Shown piece after piece: positions 24,118 to 36,718 of a stretch of 53,714 nt of DNA (its first letter is position 1; each line of letters opens with the position of its first letter). The notes under the pieces were generated by a model. The model was not told where the DNA came from. It did not search any database and was given only the letters and a program-made list of their open reading frames with translations. Source of the DNA: Asterionella formosa (Eukaryota); contig NKIB01013681.1 of assembly GCA_002256025.1 (NCBI GenBank), positions 1-53,714 on the forward strand, in the 5' to 3' direction. The position numbers and the translations under genes were made by a program.

Positions 24118-27100
24118 ATGATGGATTCCTCCTCGTCGTCCTCCAACAACAGCAAACGTTTGACTCCCATCTATATCGCGCTGGATGCCCATGATTACAA
24201 ACGCGCTGTCAAGTTGGCCATGGGATTGCCAAAGACGGATATCTTAGCTCAAGCCTTGCTGGCTCATGCCTTTTGCAAATCTGGACAAACTGCCAAATGT
24301 TATGCTGTATTGCAACAACTGTTTGGACCTTCTGGATGGAGAGAGTTGGAGCAATTGACGACTGGGACTGTTGGAGATAGTGCTAGTAGTAGTAGCAGTA
24401 GCAGCAGCAGCAACGACGTGCCCTTTGTGGCAACAATAGATGCAACAGCAACGCCTTCTACGGCCGGAACTACGACAGTAGGACAACAACAAGCAGCAGC
24501 AAAAGGAAAAAAGGGAAAAGGAAAACCAAAGAAAATCATTCCATCGTTTTCTGCTACTGCTGCCACTGCGGCTGCTGTTGTGACACAACAACCACAGCCA
24601 GATGTTGTCACTCTCTTGTCATTGACAATTACTTCTCCAACTACTACTACGACAGCCAATGACGACATTGATCCGCCAATGTTACATCCATCCTTATTTG
24701 CAGATGAAACAATTGTTGAAACATTATCAATGACCTTGATGAATTTACGTTTGGTAGAAACAAATTATTTTTTATGGAAAGTATCGGGGATTTCACCAGT
24801 TGAACTCTTTTTTGCTGGTATACATTTGCTGTTACAGTATCATGTCAAACAACAGCAAAACAATAAAGTGATTTCATTATTGTCAACCTTGCAAATTGTA
24901 GCATTGCAATCAGCTCGTCTCCATTCTCCATATACGAAATGGGCGGCAGTAATTGCCTTGTGGCAACTTGATTTTATGACTAAACTTACTACTACTACTA
25001 CCAACAACAACAATAATACTGATGACAATGCGATGATAATTAAGGAAAAACAACGATTGGAAATGTTACCAAGATTGGCTTCATCCTTGGCCAAGACTAG
25101 AGTGGAATCAGCTCAAGATTTTTTGTTATTGCATGCTGCTTTGCAACATGAACTCGATGACGTCAAACAGTCACAAACCATGCTCGAATGGCTTCAAGAA
25201 GAGGCCACAATAAATACATCAACTACTTCTGGTGCATCAGGGATGATAATTATTCCATTAGGTATCATGCAACGATTGGAATTACAAGCATCATGTTATA
25301 TCAAATTACAAGATTGGAAGAATGTAATACGTATCCATTATGATTTGTTGAAAATGGCACCAGATCAATGGTCCTATTGGAAAGCATTGATTGATGCAGC
25401 ATATCAACAACATGGCATGGAAGGTGTATCAACTGTTGTCCAAGACGCACTTGCAGCAACAGACGTTGTTGTTCGATCCCATTCATTGATTCATTGTCAA
25501 GTGGCTCACATGGCCATTGTTAATGATCCAACGTCGAATACTACTACAGCAGATATCGATGCATTGGTAGCAGCGATTCAAACATACACCAGTACTTGGG
25601 CCACTAAAGCATCATGCACATTTTCAGATATTGAACCCTACATCACGTTGGTGTGTTCCAAGGCAACACGAGACCAACTGACAGAATTGTACAACTGGGC
25701 GTCGAGTGTACATGTTCAAACAAAGGAACTTCACAATGACAGATCCAAGCTACGGGCCTACATTTGTTCCATTCAAGTTTTGTACAAGTTGGTGCAATGC
25801 ACCAATACTAAATCATGGTTGCCAGATTGGAGGTCCATTGTGACATTGTGGCTTAAATTTTCCAGTGCCAAATCTATCCAAAAAGAAAATCAACCTGCTG
25901 ATGAGTTGGTCCTACTTGCAGTTCAAGGATTGTTGTATGGATCTGATCAAGACGAAAAACTCCTACTGATGGCTGCTACATTATTGGAAATGGGACGGAC
26001 CAAGTCACCATACAATCCATACATCAAAATCCATCTCCTTCAAGTGTATGCCAAATTAAGAGCCTACGATGAATCTTGGAGTTTGTTTCGTGATTTAAGT
26101 ATCAAGCACATTCAAATTGATTCCTGTTCATACCTGATATTGGACCACCTCTTGGATGGTGGCATGTACCAACAAGCATGCCTCTTGGCAGGAGAAATAT
26201 TAAAATTTCATGTGTCGGCATTGCGAGAAACAGGCGACTTTATTGGAATTGCGATGAAAAAGGGGAACTATAGCAAAGCAGATGATTTTTTGAAATTTCA
26301 ACTTGAACGTATGACTCCGTCTTTGGTACTCTTGGAAGCTCGCGGAGTTATACTGGATTGTGCCCCCGCTATGGAAGGAGGTCAGATGGGAATAACCGGC
26401 CAAGAAACGGATGTGGCAATTGCCAATGCCATTGCTACTGAAGTGCATTCTACCTTTGGGGCCCCATCACTACTATTGGAACAACGAGCAACATTTTCAG
26501 ACAATCGAGACAAGTCGATTTTGGACTTTCAAATTCTCAATAAATTTGAAATCACTAGTGAAAAATCCATTGTAGCAACTGCCATGCGTCGGAAAACAGT
26601 ACATGGTTTGCTTGTCCGAGCTGTGCTGGTGCTTGATGCAAGCAAGTCACCCAAGAAAGGCAAAATAGCCGCATCATCGGCGAGTCTGAAGGTTCGAAGT
26701 CAATCGTTATTGGATGCCATCGAATATGCAGATAAGTCAAATGATTGGATCAATATTATGAAGTCGCTGTGCTCTGCCGTTCTGCTGGTCAGCAGTGGGA
26801 TGCCAAAGAGTGATGTTGAGGACAGTTTATCAAGTCGAGAAGAACGCGTGACCGCGCTTTTGAAGTCCCTGATTATTCCGACCATTACCGACTTCGCCCA
26901 ACCAGCGATATGTCGATTCATCACTGATTATCTTGTAGCCATCAATGCCCTTGTGGAAACAGTAGCCAAACAGTTTGCCTTGTTTGGTTGGAGCAAGTTG
27001 AAGCAACGTGATTCTGTTTCTGCTTTGGCCAAAATAGCAACTGATCTTGGCATGTTAGTGTCGTCCATCAAGAATGCATATGTCATTGATACCACCAAGG

Positions 27101-27252
27101 ATTTAGTGTATTGCGATGAAATTATTGATAAGGCAGTCCATGCAAGTGTGATTTCAAGAGTCCAGACCTCACGATCCTCACCACGAACACAATATGTCAT
27201 CCGTCTTATGGAGGAATTGGAGCAAAGTCTAGCCAGCTTTGCTTTCAAATGA
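24118..27252 (+). CDS. NAA25: NatB N-terminal acetyltransferase auxiliary subunit (NAA25/MDM20)
   Basis: KRLTPIYIALDAHDYKRAVKLA N-terminus, PDQWSYW, TKASCTFSDI, QPADELVLLA, KSPYNPYIKIHLLQVY, LSIKHIQIDSCSY, GNYSK; ATG taken at 24118 rather than the ORF-track 23983. Confidence 0.88.
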   Translation: MMDSSSSSSNNSKRLTPIYIALDAHDYKRAVKLAMGLPKTDILAQALLAHAFCKSGQTAKCYAVLQQLFGPSGWRELEQLTTGTVGDSASSSSSSSSSNDVPFVATIDATATPSTAGTTTVGQQQAAAKGKKGKGKPKKIIPSFSATAATAAAVVTQQPQPDVVTLLSLTITSPTTTTTANDDIDPPMLHPSLFADETIVETLSMTLMNLRLVETNYFLWKVSGISPVELFFAGIHLLLQYHVKQQQNNKVISLLSTLQIVALQSARLHSPYTKWAAVIALWQLDFMTKLTTTTTNNNNNTDDNAMIIKEKQRLEMLPRLASSLAKTRVESAQDFLLLHAALQHELDDVKQSQTMLEWLQEEATINTSTTSGASGMIIIPLGIMQRLELQASCYIKLQDWKNVIRIHYDLLKMAPDQWSYWKALIDAAYQQHGMEGVSTVVQDALAATDVVVRSHSLIHCQVAHMAIVNDPTSNTTTADIDALVAAIQTYTSTWATKASCTFSDIEPYITLVCSKATRDQLTELYNWASSVHVQTKELHNDRSKLRAYICSIQVLYKLVQCTNTKSWLPDWRSIVTLWLKFSSAKSIQKENQPADELVLLAVQGLLYGSDQDEKLLLMAATLLEMGRTKSPYNPYIKIHLLQVYAKLRAYDESWSLFRDLSIKHIQIDSCSYLILDHLLDGGMYQQACLLAGEILKFHVSALRETGDFIGIAMKKGNYSKADDFLKFQLERMTPSLVLLEARGVILDCAPAMEGGQMGITGQETDVAIANAIATEVHSTFGAPSLLLEQRATFSDNRDKSILDFQILNKFEITSEKSIVATAMRRKTVHGLLVRAVLVLDASKSPKKGKIAASSASLKVRSQSLLDAIEYADKSNDWINIMKSLCSAVLLVSSGMPKSDVEDSLSSREERVTALLKSLIIPTITDFAQPAICRFITDYLVAINALVETVAKQFALFGWSKLKQRDSVSALAKIATDLGMLVSSIKNAYVIDTTKDLVYCDEIIDKAVHASVISRVQTSRSSPRTQYVIRLMEELEQSLASFAFK

Positions 27253-28900
27253 CTCTTATATTATCTATGCAAGTCGACAAGTTTTACTTAAACACTCCAG
27301 TTTCATCATCCATTTGCCGCATCATTATGGAATTGCCAAGCATTTCACAGAAAACAGGGGGTTGTAAATCACCAATTGTATAAACAAATATCTTCTGCAT
27401 GACTCTGGGTCAAAAATTGGCATATTGCTTTGTCTGAACACACAGCAATTCAGACATGTAACAGACCTCTAGGCCAATCATTTTTATGGCATGTTCTTAG
27501 TAGTTTATTTTATAAGTTGTGGTAAGTGAACTCCATGATCCATTTTAGGTGGGGCAATGGATAGTGGTAGTCATCTCCTTTGTGGAAGTAGTAAAAATTT
27601 TAAAAATTGTGCCCTCCATATTCTCAAATCAATCTCATTGAAGGCATTTGAGTCTTCTGTCAACTGAGAAAAGTGACTACATTGCAGTTTTATTTGCTTT
27701 TGAGTTGCCCTTTCAGTCCATAATCATGGTGTTTGTGTGCCCTTTCAGTAGACATGGCTTATTTCCAAAATGTTCATGTACTGACTGTTGTCCCACCTCG
27801 CATATATTTACTTTGTCGTCTGGTAGAGTTGGCTCGTTGTCACCGTGGGTATTCATTTTGGGGGGAAGGTTTTGAGAATGGTTGGGGGGGGGGACAGTTT
27901 GATTTGATTCGCAAGCAAAACTGTAGTCTCTGCATCTACCTAATTAAATATTGTCTTCATACATACACAGAGAACATGTTTATGGCCTTTGATCTATACA
28001 TCGGTAAGATATGTATACCGGTACCGGTAGGTTGGTTGTGCTTCATTCCCGTATTTGTTGTTGTTCACTTTCAGTAGGAGCAGTATTTGAAATTGTCACA
28101 GCGTCGTTCACAGATGCCGGTGTTACCGTTTTCTCTGATATGTTTTGCTCCTCGTCCTGTTCCTACCCTCCACTGGTTTGTCCTCAGGTAGAGAGTTCTT
28201 TTCAGGCAGAGCGGATAATTGATAATACCGGTAGTGTCGTATCAATATGTCAATTTTATCGCGAAGCGTGATTGAGCGGCATCGCCCAATGGATGTGATA
28301 GAGGTTGTGCTTGCTTGCCATTTCCTGACTACGGTACCCCATATTGGAATAGCGGTATACCAGTAGAAAGTTCAAGGTACCGGTGTACGCAGCGGTAAAT
28401 ACATAGATGTTCATAGGACGACTTCAAATTACCGGTACATATATATAACTTTCAAGCAGGTCTGACGAGTCTAATTGAAGGGAATTACTTATTCAGATAT
28501 TCATTTTGCATGGTTGAAGGTTTGTCCAAATAGTTCCTATAAATTCAATGTACGATATACTTGATACCAGGTACCGAAGGATATTAATTATCATTGTAAA
28601 GCATGACTAAAGGCACTAGGCGGAGTGTTGGCATGTTTATTTCTGTGTCGTTGGCGTATAATTAATTTCTTTCACTCACTATTCGTATTCATTGGAGTCA
28701 TTGCTGCTTTGCACCATGAATGCAAGAACAACCAGATATATATTCATACAAATCTAATCTTTAGACCTGTATATTACAAGAAAAGCGAGTCACAGCGAAC
28801 ATCACTATTGCATAAATAAGACGCCGCGTGAGATTTATTGGTTTGTGGACATTCCAAGAAATGGCCATAAAACAACGACAGCCACTGTCACTACACAACA

Positions 28901-29236
28901 ATGACAATGAGGAGAATCTCAACAGCTTACAGCCTTCCCGTTTACACGCAGTCGCCAGTCCATGGAGGCGCGCCGTATTGTAAGAAGTCGAAATCCGCAT
29001 CAGCAGCAATGATGATAACGAGCATGAAGCGAGGATCAACAACTCGAATGCTCATTGACGGGATGACTTTGTTGCTGATTTGCGTCTCCATGGGAATGGC
29101 GTTTAATTCCTTCCTGATGCACCATCGACAACACATAGTTGATGAAATACTGGATGCTCATCATGAAGAAGCCATTGATTTTTCTTATCTTGAAGCCTTT
29201 ATCCGGGAACTTCAAAATTTGATCCAACAACTCTAG
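28901..29236 (+). CDS. Hypothetical small single-pass membrane protein (possibly truncated)
   Basis: 111-aa ORF with good ATG context (acaacaATG), one hydrophobic segment and a helical C-terminus; no family recognised. Confidence 0.35.
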   Translation: MTMRRISTAYSLPVYTQSPVHGGAPYCKKSKSASAAMMITSMKRGSTTRMLIDGMTLLLICVSMGMAFNSFLMHHRQHIVDEILDAHHEEAIDFSYLEAFIRELQNLIQQL

Positions 29237-30387
29237 TTTTACTGATTTTTTGTCGTTACACAAGAAGGTGTCAAACGATATCATTTTACCTCAAGTCAGA
29301 GTAATCTCAGCATGCGTCAAGAGCAAGGAAAGGATTAACGACTAGGTTATCACCGCCGGAACCACAGTTCAGAGGATCCTCGCTCCATATCCATGGCCAT
29401 CGTTGTACATGTGTATCTTCTCGGTGACGCCCATATCTCTTTCGTTGGACGGATTTCGTTCTAACAAGTTGTGCGTTTGGAACTTCTGGATTTCTTGTTT
29501 TGGTTACACATTATCGATACTTGCTACTGGACAACCCACTAAGAACAGATGGAACCATCCATCGTTCACAAGGGGGCTTTCCTTTCTCAGAGGTTACATT
29601 GTGATCCACACATTCCATTCATATATTTACATGTATGTATAAAAAGGGAAAGAGAGAGCGATAAAGCAAAGTCTTTTAGTAAATTTATATATAATCTATA
29701 TCATGGTGTTGTGTTCTACAGATGCTGTGTTCTCTGTTGGTCAACTAAAATATCATATTGCCAACAATTCGTCGCTTTCTATAACGATAAATGTTATCCA
29801 ATTTCGAGAAAAAATAATATTCTATGGGATGATGATGGAGTGCAAGCCTTGAAACAACCTTGAGGCGCGATATATAATTCTTAACAACATTCAATATAAC
29901 AAAGTAAGTTACCCAAGGCGATTTCAATCCTAATACAATTATTTTGCTTACAAATCTAGTATGCCTCTGCCAATGTTTAGTAATCTTTCTCACACCATTT
30001 GACAGTATAACTCGTTCCTTGTAGAACAGAACTATACTGGTATTCCCTCTTTCCTACGGACCTTGGCGATATGTGCCTAAATCTGCTGTGCTGCTTTCCT
30101 CTCCACCAATTTTGGTGTGTCCATGCCACTGTGAAACTGCACAAGAAAATCAGAAAATAGAAAATGGAATAATCTATACTTACTACCGAATAGATACTAA
30201 AGGCGAAAGAATAAGATGAATGTAATGCTAATGAATATACTTTTGTGCAAATCAAGGTTCAACTGATTTGGAATAATGAAAAGGTGCAATGGCAATGTGA
30301 AGTTTCTATGACAATTTTGAGCATTGCAGTTTGTTAGATATGACGTCATTTGAATACTTTACTCTCATTCAATTCATGCAAATACTA

Positions 30388-32367
30388 CTACTTGGTGCGG
30401 TTCCAAGGTTTAACTTGATTTTCGGGACCAAAGTCAAACTTTGGTCGTGTGTAATCATTCTGCCACGACGGACCATAATCTTCCAACAAACTTAAATCAT
30501 TGCAGAATTCATCTGAATCTTCGCAACACTTGGTACAACAAGTACAGTTGGTCAATTTTGCACAGTTGGCAATAAAGACACTTAGAATAGACTTTGGGAA
30601 GCAAACCGAAGTTGTTGGCCCTGTAATGTTAGTGCTGTCAATAGACATCATTTGAAGCTTCAGCAGGTTCTTGAATGTGGTCGGAAGTGTCCCATGGAAT
30701 TCGTTGTTATGGAGAAGCAAAAATGTAAGATTTGCCAAATTGCCAATACTGGCTGGGAGTGTCCCTGTGAGATAATTATGATCAAGATCAAGTAGAATAA
30801 GACTGGAAAGGTTCGACCAATTGTTTGGGAACTTTCCGATTCGGTTTGATTCCTTCATTGAAAACTCTTGAAGTTTAGTGAGCTTTCTGACCCAACCTGG
30901 AATCGTCGCTTTGGCAAGTTGGGTAGTCTGCGCAAAAGATAGAAACTCCAAGTTTGTCATATTTCCAAGACTCGATGGCAAGGTCCCGTTAATCCTAGTC
31001 TGAGAAAGGTCCAAATGTGACAGTGAAAGAAAGTTGGACACGGTTTCTGGAAGAGTTCCGCTCAATTCGTTACGTTGCAAGGCAAGAAATTTCAAGCCAG
31101 TCAATTTTGGGAAGCTTGGGAGATTACCCACGAGACTATTATCTGATACATCAAGAATAGTAAGATTCTCCTTGATCATCAAACTTCTTGCGAGTTTGCC
31201 TTCGATAAAATTGTTGGATATATCCAATCGCTCCAAGACCGCAAGTTTGCTCATAAAGTTATCTGTCATTGTTCCAGTGAAAGCATTGTTATCGACATAT
31301 AAACGCTCCATCCAAGTCATTTTTTCAAACACTCCAAGATCTCCGACAATGCCATTTTGGTCAAAGGCAAGAACACTCAATTTGGTGAGTTTCGCAAGTT
31401 CTTGAGGGAGTGTTCCTGTCAGATCGTTTCCAGAAAAGCCCATGATTTCCATGGACGTGAGGTCTCCAATCCATGTTGGGATATTTCCTCTGAAATTATT
31501 ACCTGCACATGTCATTGTGTTTAAAAGGGGCATTTTGGTCAAGGTGGCTGGAAGGAATCCATTCAAGTCGTTGTAATCAAGGTACAGTTCCTTCAAGTTG
31601 GTCAACAGTCCCAGTTCCTCTGGAATCGATCCTTGTAAATTATTCAATTGCAACACTAGATAGGTGACTTCATAGTTACTATTGCAAAACACTCCCCGAT
31701 AAAAGTTAAACGTCGGATTGAAGGTGAACCAATGACATTCTGAATCGTCCGTCGCAAAACCAGTATTTGAGTTCCATGGCGATGTGGCATAAAAAAGCAC
31801 CATGAGTGCATACCGCTGTAACCAATTTTTGCTCGTGAGTCGTACTTTCCTCCCATCTTCTGTTGCCATCCAAATCGCCGCCTTGTATTGAGGACTGCTA
31901 GTGTCTTCCAACTTGTTCGTGTCTACATAGGCAGTCAAATACTTCAAGACCTTTTGTTGAGTTGCCGCCGTCTTTTCAGCGGGACTGTTGCTACTTAGGG
32001 GCAGATAAATGGCCAAAAAGAGCACAAGGACAAACGCCACTGCACCAAACAGATACCACAACTTGCGTCGGCCGTGTTGATGGGGAACAAGACCAGCTCT
32101 GACTTCGTCAGCAGTGGGCAAACTAGACCCTGCCTCCTCCATGAGGGCGCCGTTGGTTCCGTGTTCGTCCATAATGTTGACAGCGGACATGGTAGAGGAT
32201 CTGTTGGATGATGATGAAGCGCGATGGGGAGGGAGCCCTGCCTTGACTTCTTCGACAGTGGGCAAACTAGAACCTGCCTCTTCCATCATCAGCATGGCAC
32301 TGCTGGCGTCTTGGTCAGAACCAATGTGCAGGTCCGTCATGGCAGAGTCATCAGTATCGGACATCAT
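30388..32367 (-). CDS. Type II membrane leucine-rich-repeat protein (plant-type LRRs, no kinase)
   Basis: Cytosolic N-terminus, TM (LWYLFGAVAFVLVLFLAIYL), LRR N-cap (SPQYKAAIW, LQRYAL, ECHW, GVFC), many LxxLxLxxNxLxGxLP repeats, Cys-rich cap CTCCTKCC; first in-frame ATG at 32367. Confidence 0.9.
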   Translation of the reverse strand: MMSDTDDSAMTDLHIGSDQDASSAMLMMEEAGSSLPTVEEVKAGLPPHRASSSSNRSSTMSAVNIMDEHGTNGALMEEAGSSLPTADEVRAGLVPHQHGRRKLWYLFGAVAFVLVLFLAIYLPLSSNSPAEKTAATQQKVLKYLTAYVDTNKLEDTSSPQYKAAIWMATEDGRKVRLTSKNWLQRYALMVLFYATSPWNSNTGFATDDSECHWFTFNPTFNFYRGVFCNSNYEVTYLVLQLNNLQGSIPEELGLLTNLKELYLDYNDLNGFLPATLTKMPLLNTMTCAGNNFRGNIPTWIGDLTSMEIMGFSGNDLTGTLPQELAKLTKLSVLAFDQNGIVGDLGVFEKMTWMERLYVDNNAFTGTMTDNFMSKLAVLERLDISNNFIEGKLARSLMIKENLTILDVSDNSLVGNLPSFPKLTGLKFLALQRNELSGTLPETVSNFLSLSHLDLSQTRINGTLPSSLGNMTNLEFLSFAQTTQLAKATIPGWVRKLTKLQEFSMKESNRIGKFPNNWSNLSSLILLDLDHNYLTGTLPASIGNLANLTFLLLHNNEFHGTLPTTFKNLLKLQMMSIDSTNITGPTTSVCFPKSILSVFIANCAKLTNCTCCTKCCEDSDEFCNDLSLLEDYGPSWQNDYTRPKFDFGPENQVKPWNRTK

Positions 32368-35300
32368 GGTCTTGGCTGCCAATGGAAACTAAGGCAGGTA
32401 CAGCTGTAGTTTTGATGAATTACGAACGACTGACTGCACAGGACCAACAACAATCGTTCCATCGTTCAATCGTTCAATCGTTAATCATAGGAGGAGGAGG
32501 AATGGCAATTATGGAATGTCGAGAATGGTTCAGTAACCTGCTTGCATCTGTTGAGTTCAGCAACCTGCTTGCTTCCTTACCTTGTTCCTTGATGAGGGAC
32601 TACACCTCCACTCCACGCTCAAGGCAAATACTTTATCAAATTCTTGTCTTGTTTGTTATACGGTAATCGAAATAAGAGAACGATCCACAATGATTATATT
32701 TTTACGGCTGGTGGATGATGCAGTGCTATTATCATCTCTATAGTATCTAGTTCGTTTTTACATGCGACTGTACGATCTACTGAATGTACACTATTTATTA
32801 CCGATATGGCTGTACATAGCAAAATAGCCAGCGCAGCTACTATATATTTATTATTACCGGTGGGAACTATCATACAACGAATATTCATATATTAAGGTTG
32901 TAATGGTTTTGTACACAACATCCAGTGCTGAGCATGTACATGAAATAGAGGATGAATCATCGCAAGCACGACTGATATTAAGAAAATAATGGACGGAGTA
33001 GCTACCGTTGCGGTAGACTACCAGGTACCATGTATTATTTAAAACAAGTGTTGCTCCTGCCAGTACTCATGACATCGACATATCTTCAGGCGGGAATGAA
33101 AAGTACGAAAATTATGTACAGTAGACTACCGCTAAAAAAAAAGCCGAACTCCTACAGGTATGCATTTACATATTCTTGCTTCATGGTAGGAACTATGTTG
33201 ACTACTGGTACCTGGTACCTGGTACCTGGTACCAGGTACCAGTCGAACCTGTCTGTCTATGTCGGTGAAAGTATACTGCAGTATTGGATACTGATGCTGC
33301 TCCAGACGCACTATCAGTACCGGTATACCGGTACCAGTTCTATACTGTCATTTTATTTTCCAAATACCATTACAGTACCAGATACTGTGTATGGTTACCG
33401 GTCTAGCGTGCACATATTAAAATATGTAGGAATCTTAAAGAAAATCCGGCATGTCTTGTAAAGCATTGGAGTACAAAGTTCCTCTTGGTGCTTATGTATT
33501 CTAACAACACAAAAAATTGAAAGAAACAGCATCATTACGCTAGTACCGAAATCATATCATCACTTTTGAATATAGTTGCCATTATTGCCTGCTAACTCCG
33601 TAGGTACTGGTATGTACTTATTAACTTAGCATACTACAAGTAAATGTGATACAGTACTCCTAGTATGAGCATATTTCATAGTATAGTACCGGTAAAAGTG
33701 GGTACATCATAGTGTTGCAGAGAAAATTGAATTATTGATGCCACTAATATTGGACAGTCTGCCTGTCTGTGTGGTAATAGTTGGATTGATAAATTTCTCC
33801 AGGGCCATTTCTATTGCCATGATTTTCTCCGGTGCAATTGCTTTATTGTGCTGTGACTTGCTCTAATCTATATATCCATGTATAGTAGTATGACAATGTA
33901 AATAGAAAGATTAAAATTGGCAATTACTTTGGAAAACCCCCTTACCATGCCTTTTAGATTTTCTCTTTTGCCCATCTTGAGCATAATGGAGATCTGCAAC
34001 AACCAATTTTCTTGTCACCAGCCACCCCTTCTCAATAAGTATGTGAGAAAGGATCAAACACGCACAAGAAGAGTGAAAACTTGTGTTGGATTATGGTCTG
34101 CAGAACTTCAAACAAGTTTCTGACAATGGGGAGAGCAAAATAGATGGTTGGCTCATTTAGTGCATGGAACTGTTAAAGATTTTGTGGGCCAGTTCAAAGT
34201 TGATACAATAACACTTTATTTTAAGATCATCAAACAGTCAGCGCTACAAAAAACAGCAAACCAACTCCCTCCCACGACAGTAACAAGGACAATAAGATTT
34301 TGATACAAGAACCGCCAAAAGCACTGCAAATGCCCTTTTCCAGCCAGCGCTACAACCAAACAATGGAACAGCAAACCTACTCACTATTAAAAACAATGAC
34401 ATACATGATTATGACAAGCGAGCAGTTAAGAACACTGCGAATGTGTGTTTTCCAGCCATCATAACAAACAAACATTGGAACAGCAATCCCACTGTATTGA
34501 TTTAAGTGACCAGCAGTGGAACAGTTAAAATGGTAGCAATGGAATAAACAGACACTTCAAAGAATGAGCTACCAGCAAAGGCAGAATTTACAGTAAGAAA
34601 TGTATTCTGATTAGACAGAATTATGTTTTCAGAATCACTCTAAAACTATATGACAATTTTTTCTTTTCATATCTCATGTTTTATTTACTATAGATGGAAA
34701 ATAGAAGAAGGTTCAATAATTCATTTTTTATGAATTGATTGATTTTGTCATGCTGTTCAATATTCCATCGATTGTTGGGTAACAGACTGTTTATCATGTT
34801 GTGTGCTGCACCGCCTTTCTTTGGTAGTATGCACGTGATTTATTACGGGACACTTACAAACATACTGTACACAATATGTAATGATTAAACAACCACATTA
34901 TGATGACTTACAGAACAATTGAAGCTGTTAATCACACAATCATTCCCTTGTAATTGCTATTTCTTTGATGCAAATGGAGTGATTGAGCGATGATGCTTAA
35001 CCAAAAACCCCATAACTTTTGCAGGTACATCATCTTATGACGATGTAACATAAACGCTGGAACATAATAGAAATAATACATATAATAATGGAAAATGCAT
35101 AGTAAAAACAATTGCTATTTCATTCCATTTCAGGCCAATCCACATACTTTCAAAGAGCATTAGTCACGATGAAAATAATTTGCAATCAAACTCTACACTC
35201 CCCATGTCCTGCGAAGAATGATTTGGAAGTATTTTGTGATTCTTCCATGATCCACTGAAGGATCATTGGCCAAAAAGTCATCAATGCACCCAATTCATCC

Positions 35301-35578
35301 CTTCATCAACTGGAGAGTAATTGTACTAGCTCAAAATTGTTGTGTTGCTAATGCTTTATGTGCCGGAGAAAGTGGAAGGCAATATACAATTCAACACAAC
35401 TGTTGCTCCTTTCTCTATAAATATGTGAAAAAAAATTGCCAGCAATGCCCTGGCTTCAATGCGAGGTACAATCTACGCTTCAAAAACTCTGTCTGAACTA
35501 AAAAGGTCGAGTCAAACACTTTTTAAGTCTGTCTCACGTTCAACACTCACATGGTCCAACATTATCTGGCCTACTCTG

Positions 35579-36718
35579 CTAAATGAAACATTGGCAATCA
35601 TAGCCTTCTGAAAACAGGTTGCGAAAGTATGCACATGCATCTTCCAAATCTTCGTCCAGTTCCGTCTTGGTCAATAATATGAAAAATGCAGCAAAAAGTC
35701 CACCAACCAACCCTGCCATCCCCAATAATCTCCATACGAGCCTGGACCATTGATTTCGAATTGGTTTTGAGAATGCCATCATTCCTGCACAAAAGCCGAC
35801 TCCCAACCCACCCATATGCCCACTCCAATCAATGTACGTGAAGAAACTGAGTGATAAAACCAATACTAAGGAACACATGACACCACTCAATTGCTCCAAT
35901 TGGATAGATTCCCCAGCATTGGATGCTACTTCAAAAAAGGTATGGCTCATGACATGTGCTACTTTGGCTCCAAAGAGTCCCATGAGGGCCCCGGAACTGC
36001 CCACAGCAATAGTATCTGGATTGGCCGCACACGATGTGGCAATGCATCCGATTTCTGAAATGATATAGAGACACAGCCATTTGAAGGATCCCCACTCACG
36101 CTCAAAGAAAGCACAAGTTTCCAATTGCACATAAGCATTCAACAACAATTGCAACAAACCCACATGCAAAAATGCGGGAGATACTAGGCGCCACCATTGG
36201 TTGTGCACTACCATAAGGTAACTGTTCTTCCCGCCCCACTCTGAAAAGGTGTCGGGATACGGGCCGATCATGGGATTGACATCCAAGGGCGCTACTCCAC
36301 ACAGGGCCAATTGCATCATGAGAACGAGCAACTGAAGTGCCGAAATGCCAATGCTGAGGTATCCAAAGGTCTGCTTGACTGGGTAAAAGTCATCATCCGC
36401 CCAGCTTTCCAACAAGCGCGTTGTCTTGTTGGAATCCGATATTGACATGACATCCATTGCTGATGCCTCCGAGGGACTTCCGATGGTGCTGACGCTCATG
36501 ACGTCTTGATGAATGCTGCTGCTAAGTTGCGACGACGCTTCTCGGGCTCGATACTTGTCCATTCCTCCTTGGTCCACTCGCTTGACCAGCTCATCGATTG
36601 TGTCGCGGCGCACTAGAGGAGGAAGGCCATAACTAGAGTATCCCGACTTGTCATCGGTGTTTTGCGTCGATTGGTCATCTGTGCGATCGCTCACTGCGGA
36701 TCGACCTCGACGGGGCAT
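35579..36718 (-). CDS. Rhomboid-family intramembrane serine protease
   Basis: NPMIGP, WWRLVS..FLH, catalytic GSSG and GHMGG motifs, 6-7 TM segments. Confidence 0.93.
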   Translation of the reverse strand: MPRRGRSAVSDRTDDQSTQNTDDKSGYSSYGLPPLVRRDTIDELVKRVDQGGMDKYRAREASSQLSSSIHQDVMSVSTIGSPSEASAMDVMSISDSNKTTRLLESWADDDFYPVKQTFGYLSIGISALQLLVLMMQLALCGVAPLDVNPMIGPYPDTFSEWGGKNSYLMVVHNQWWRLVSPAFLHVGLLQLLLNAYVQLETCAFFEREWGSFKWLCLYIISEIGCIATSCAANPDTIAVGSSGALMGLFGAKVAHVMSHTFFEVASNAGESIQLEQLSGVMCSLVLVLSLSFFTYIDWSGHMGGLGVGFCAGMMAFSKPIRNQWSRLVWRLLGMAGLVGGLFAAFFILLTKTELDEDLEDACAYFRNLFSEGYDCQCFI

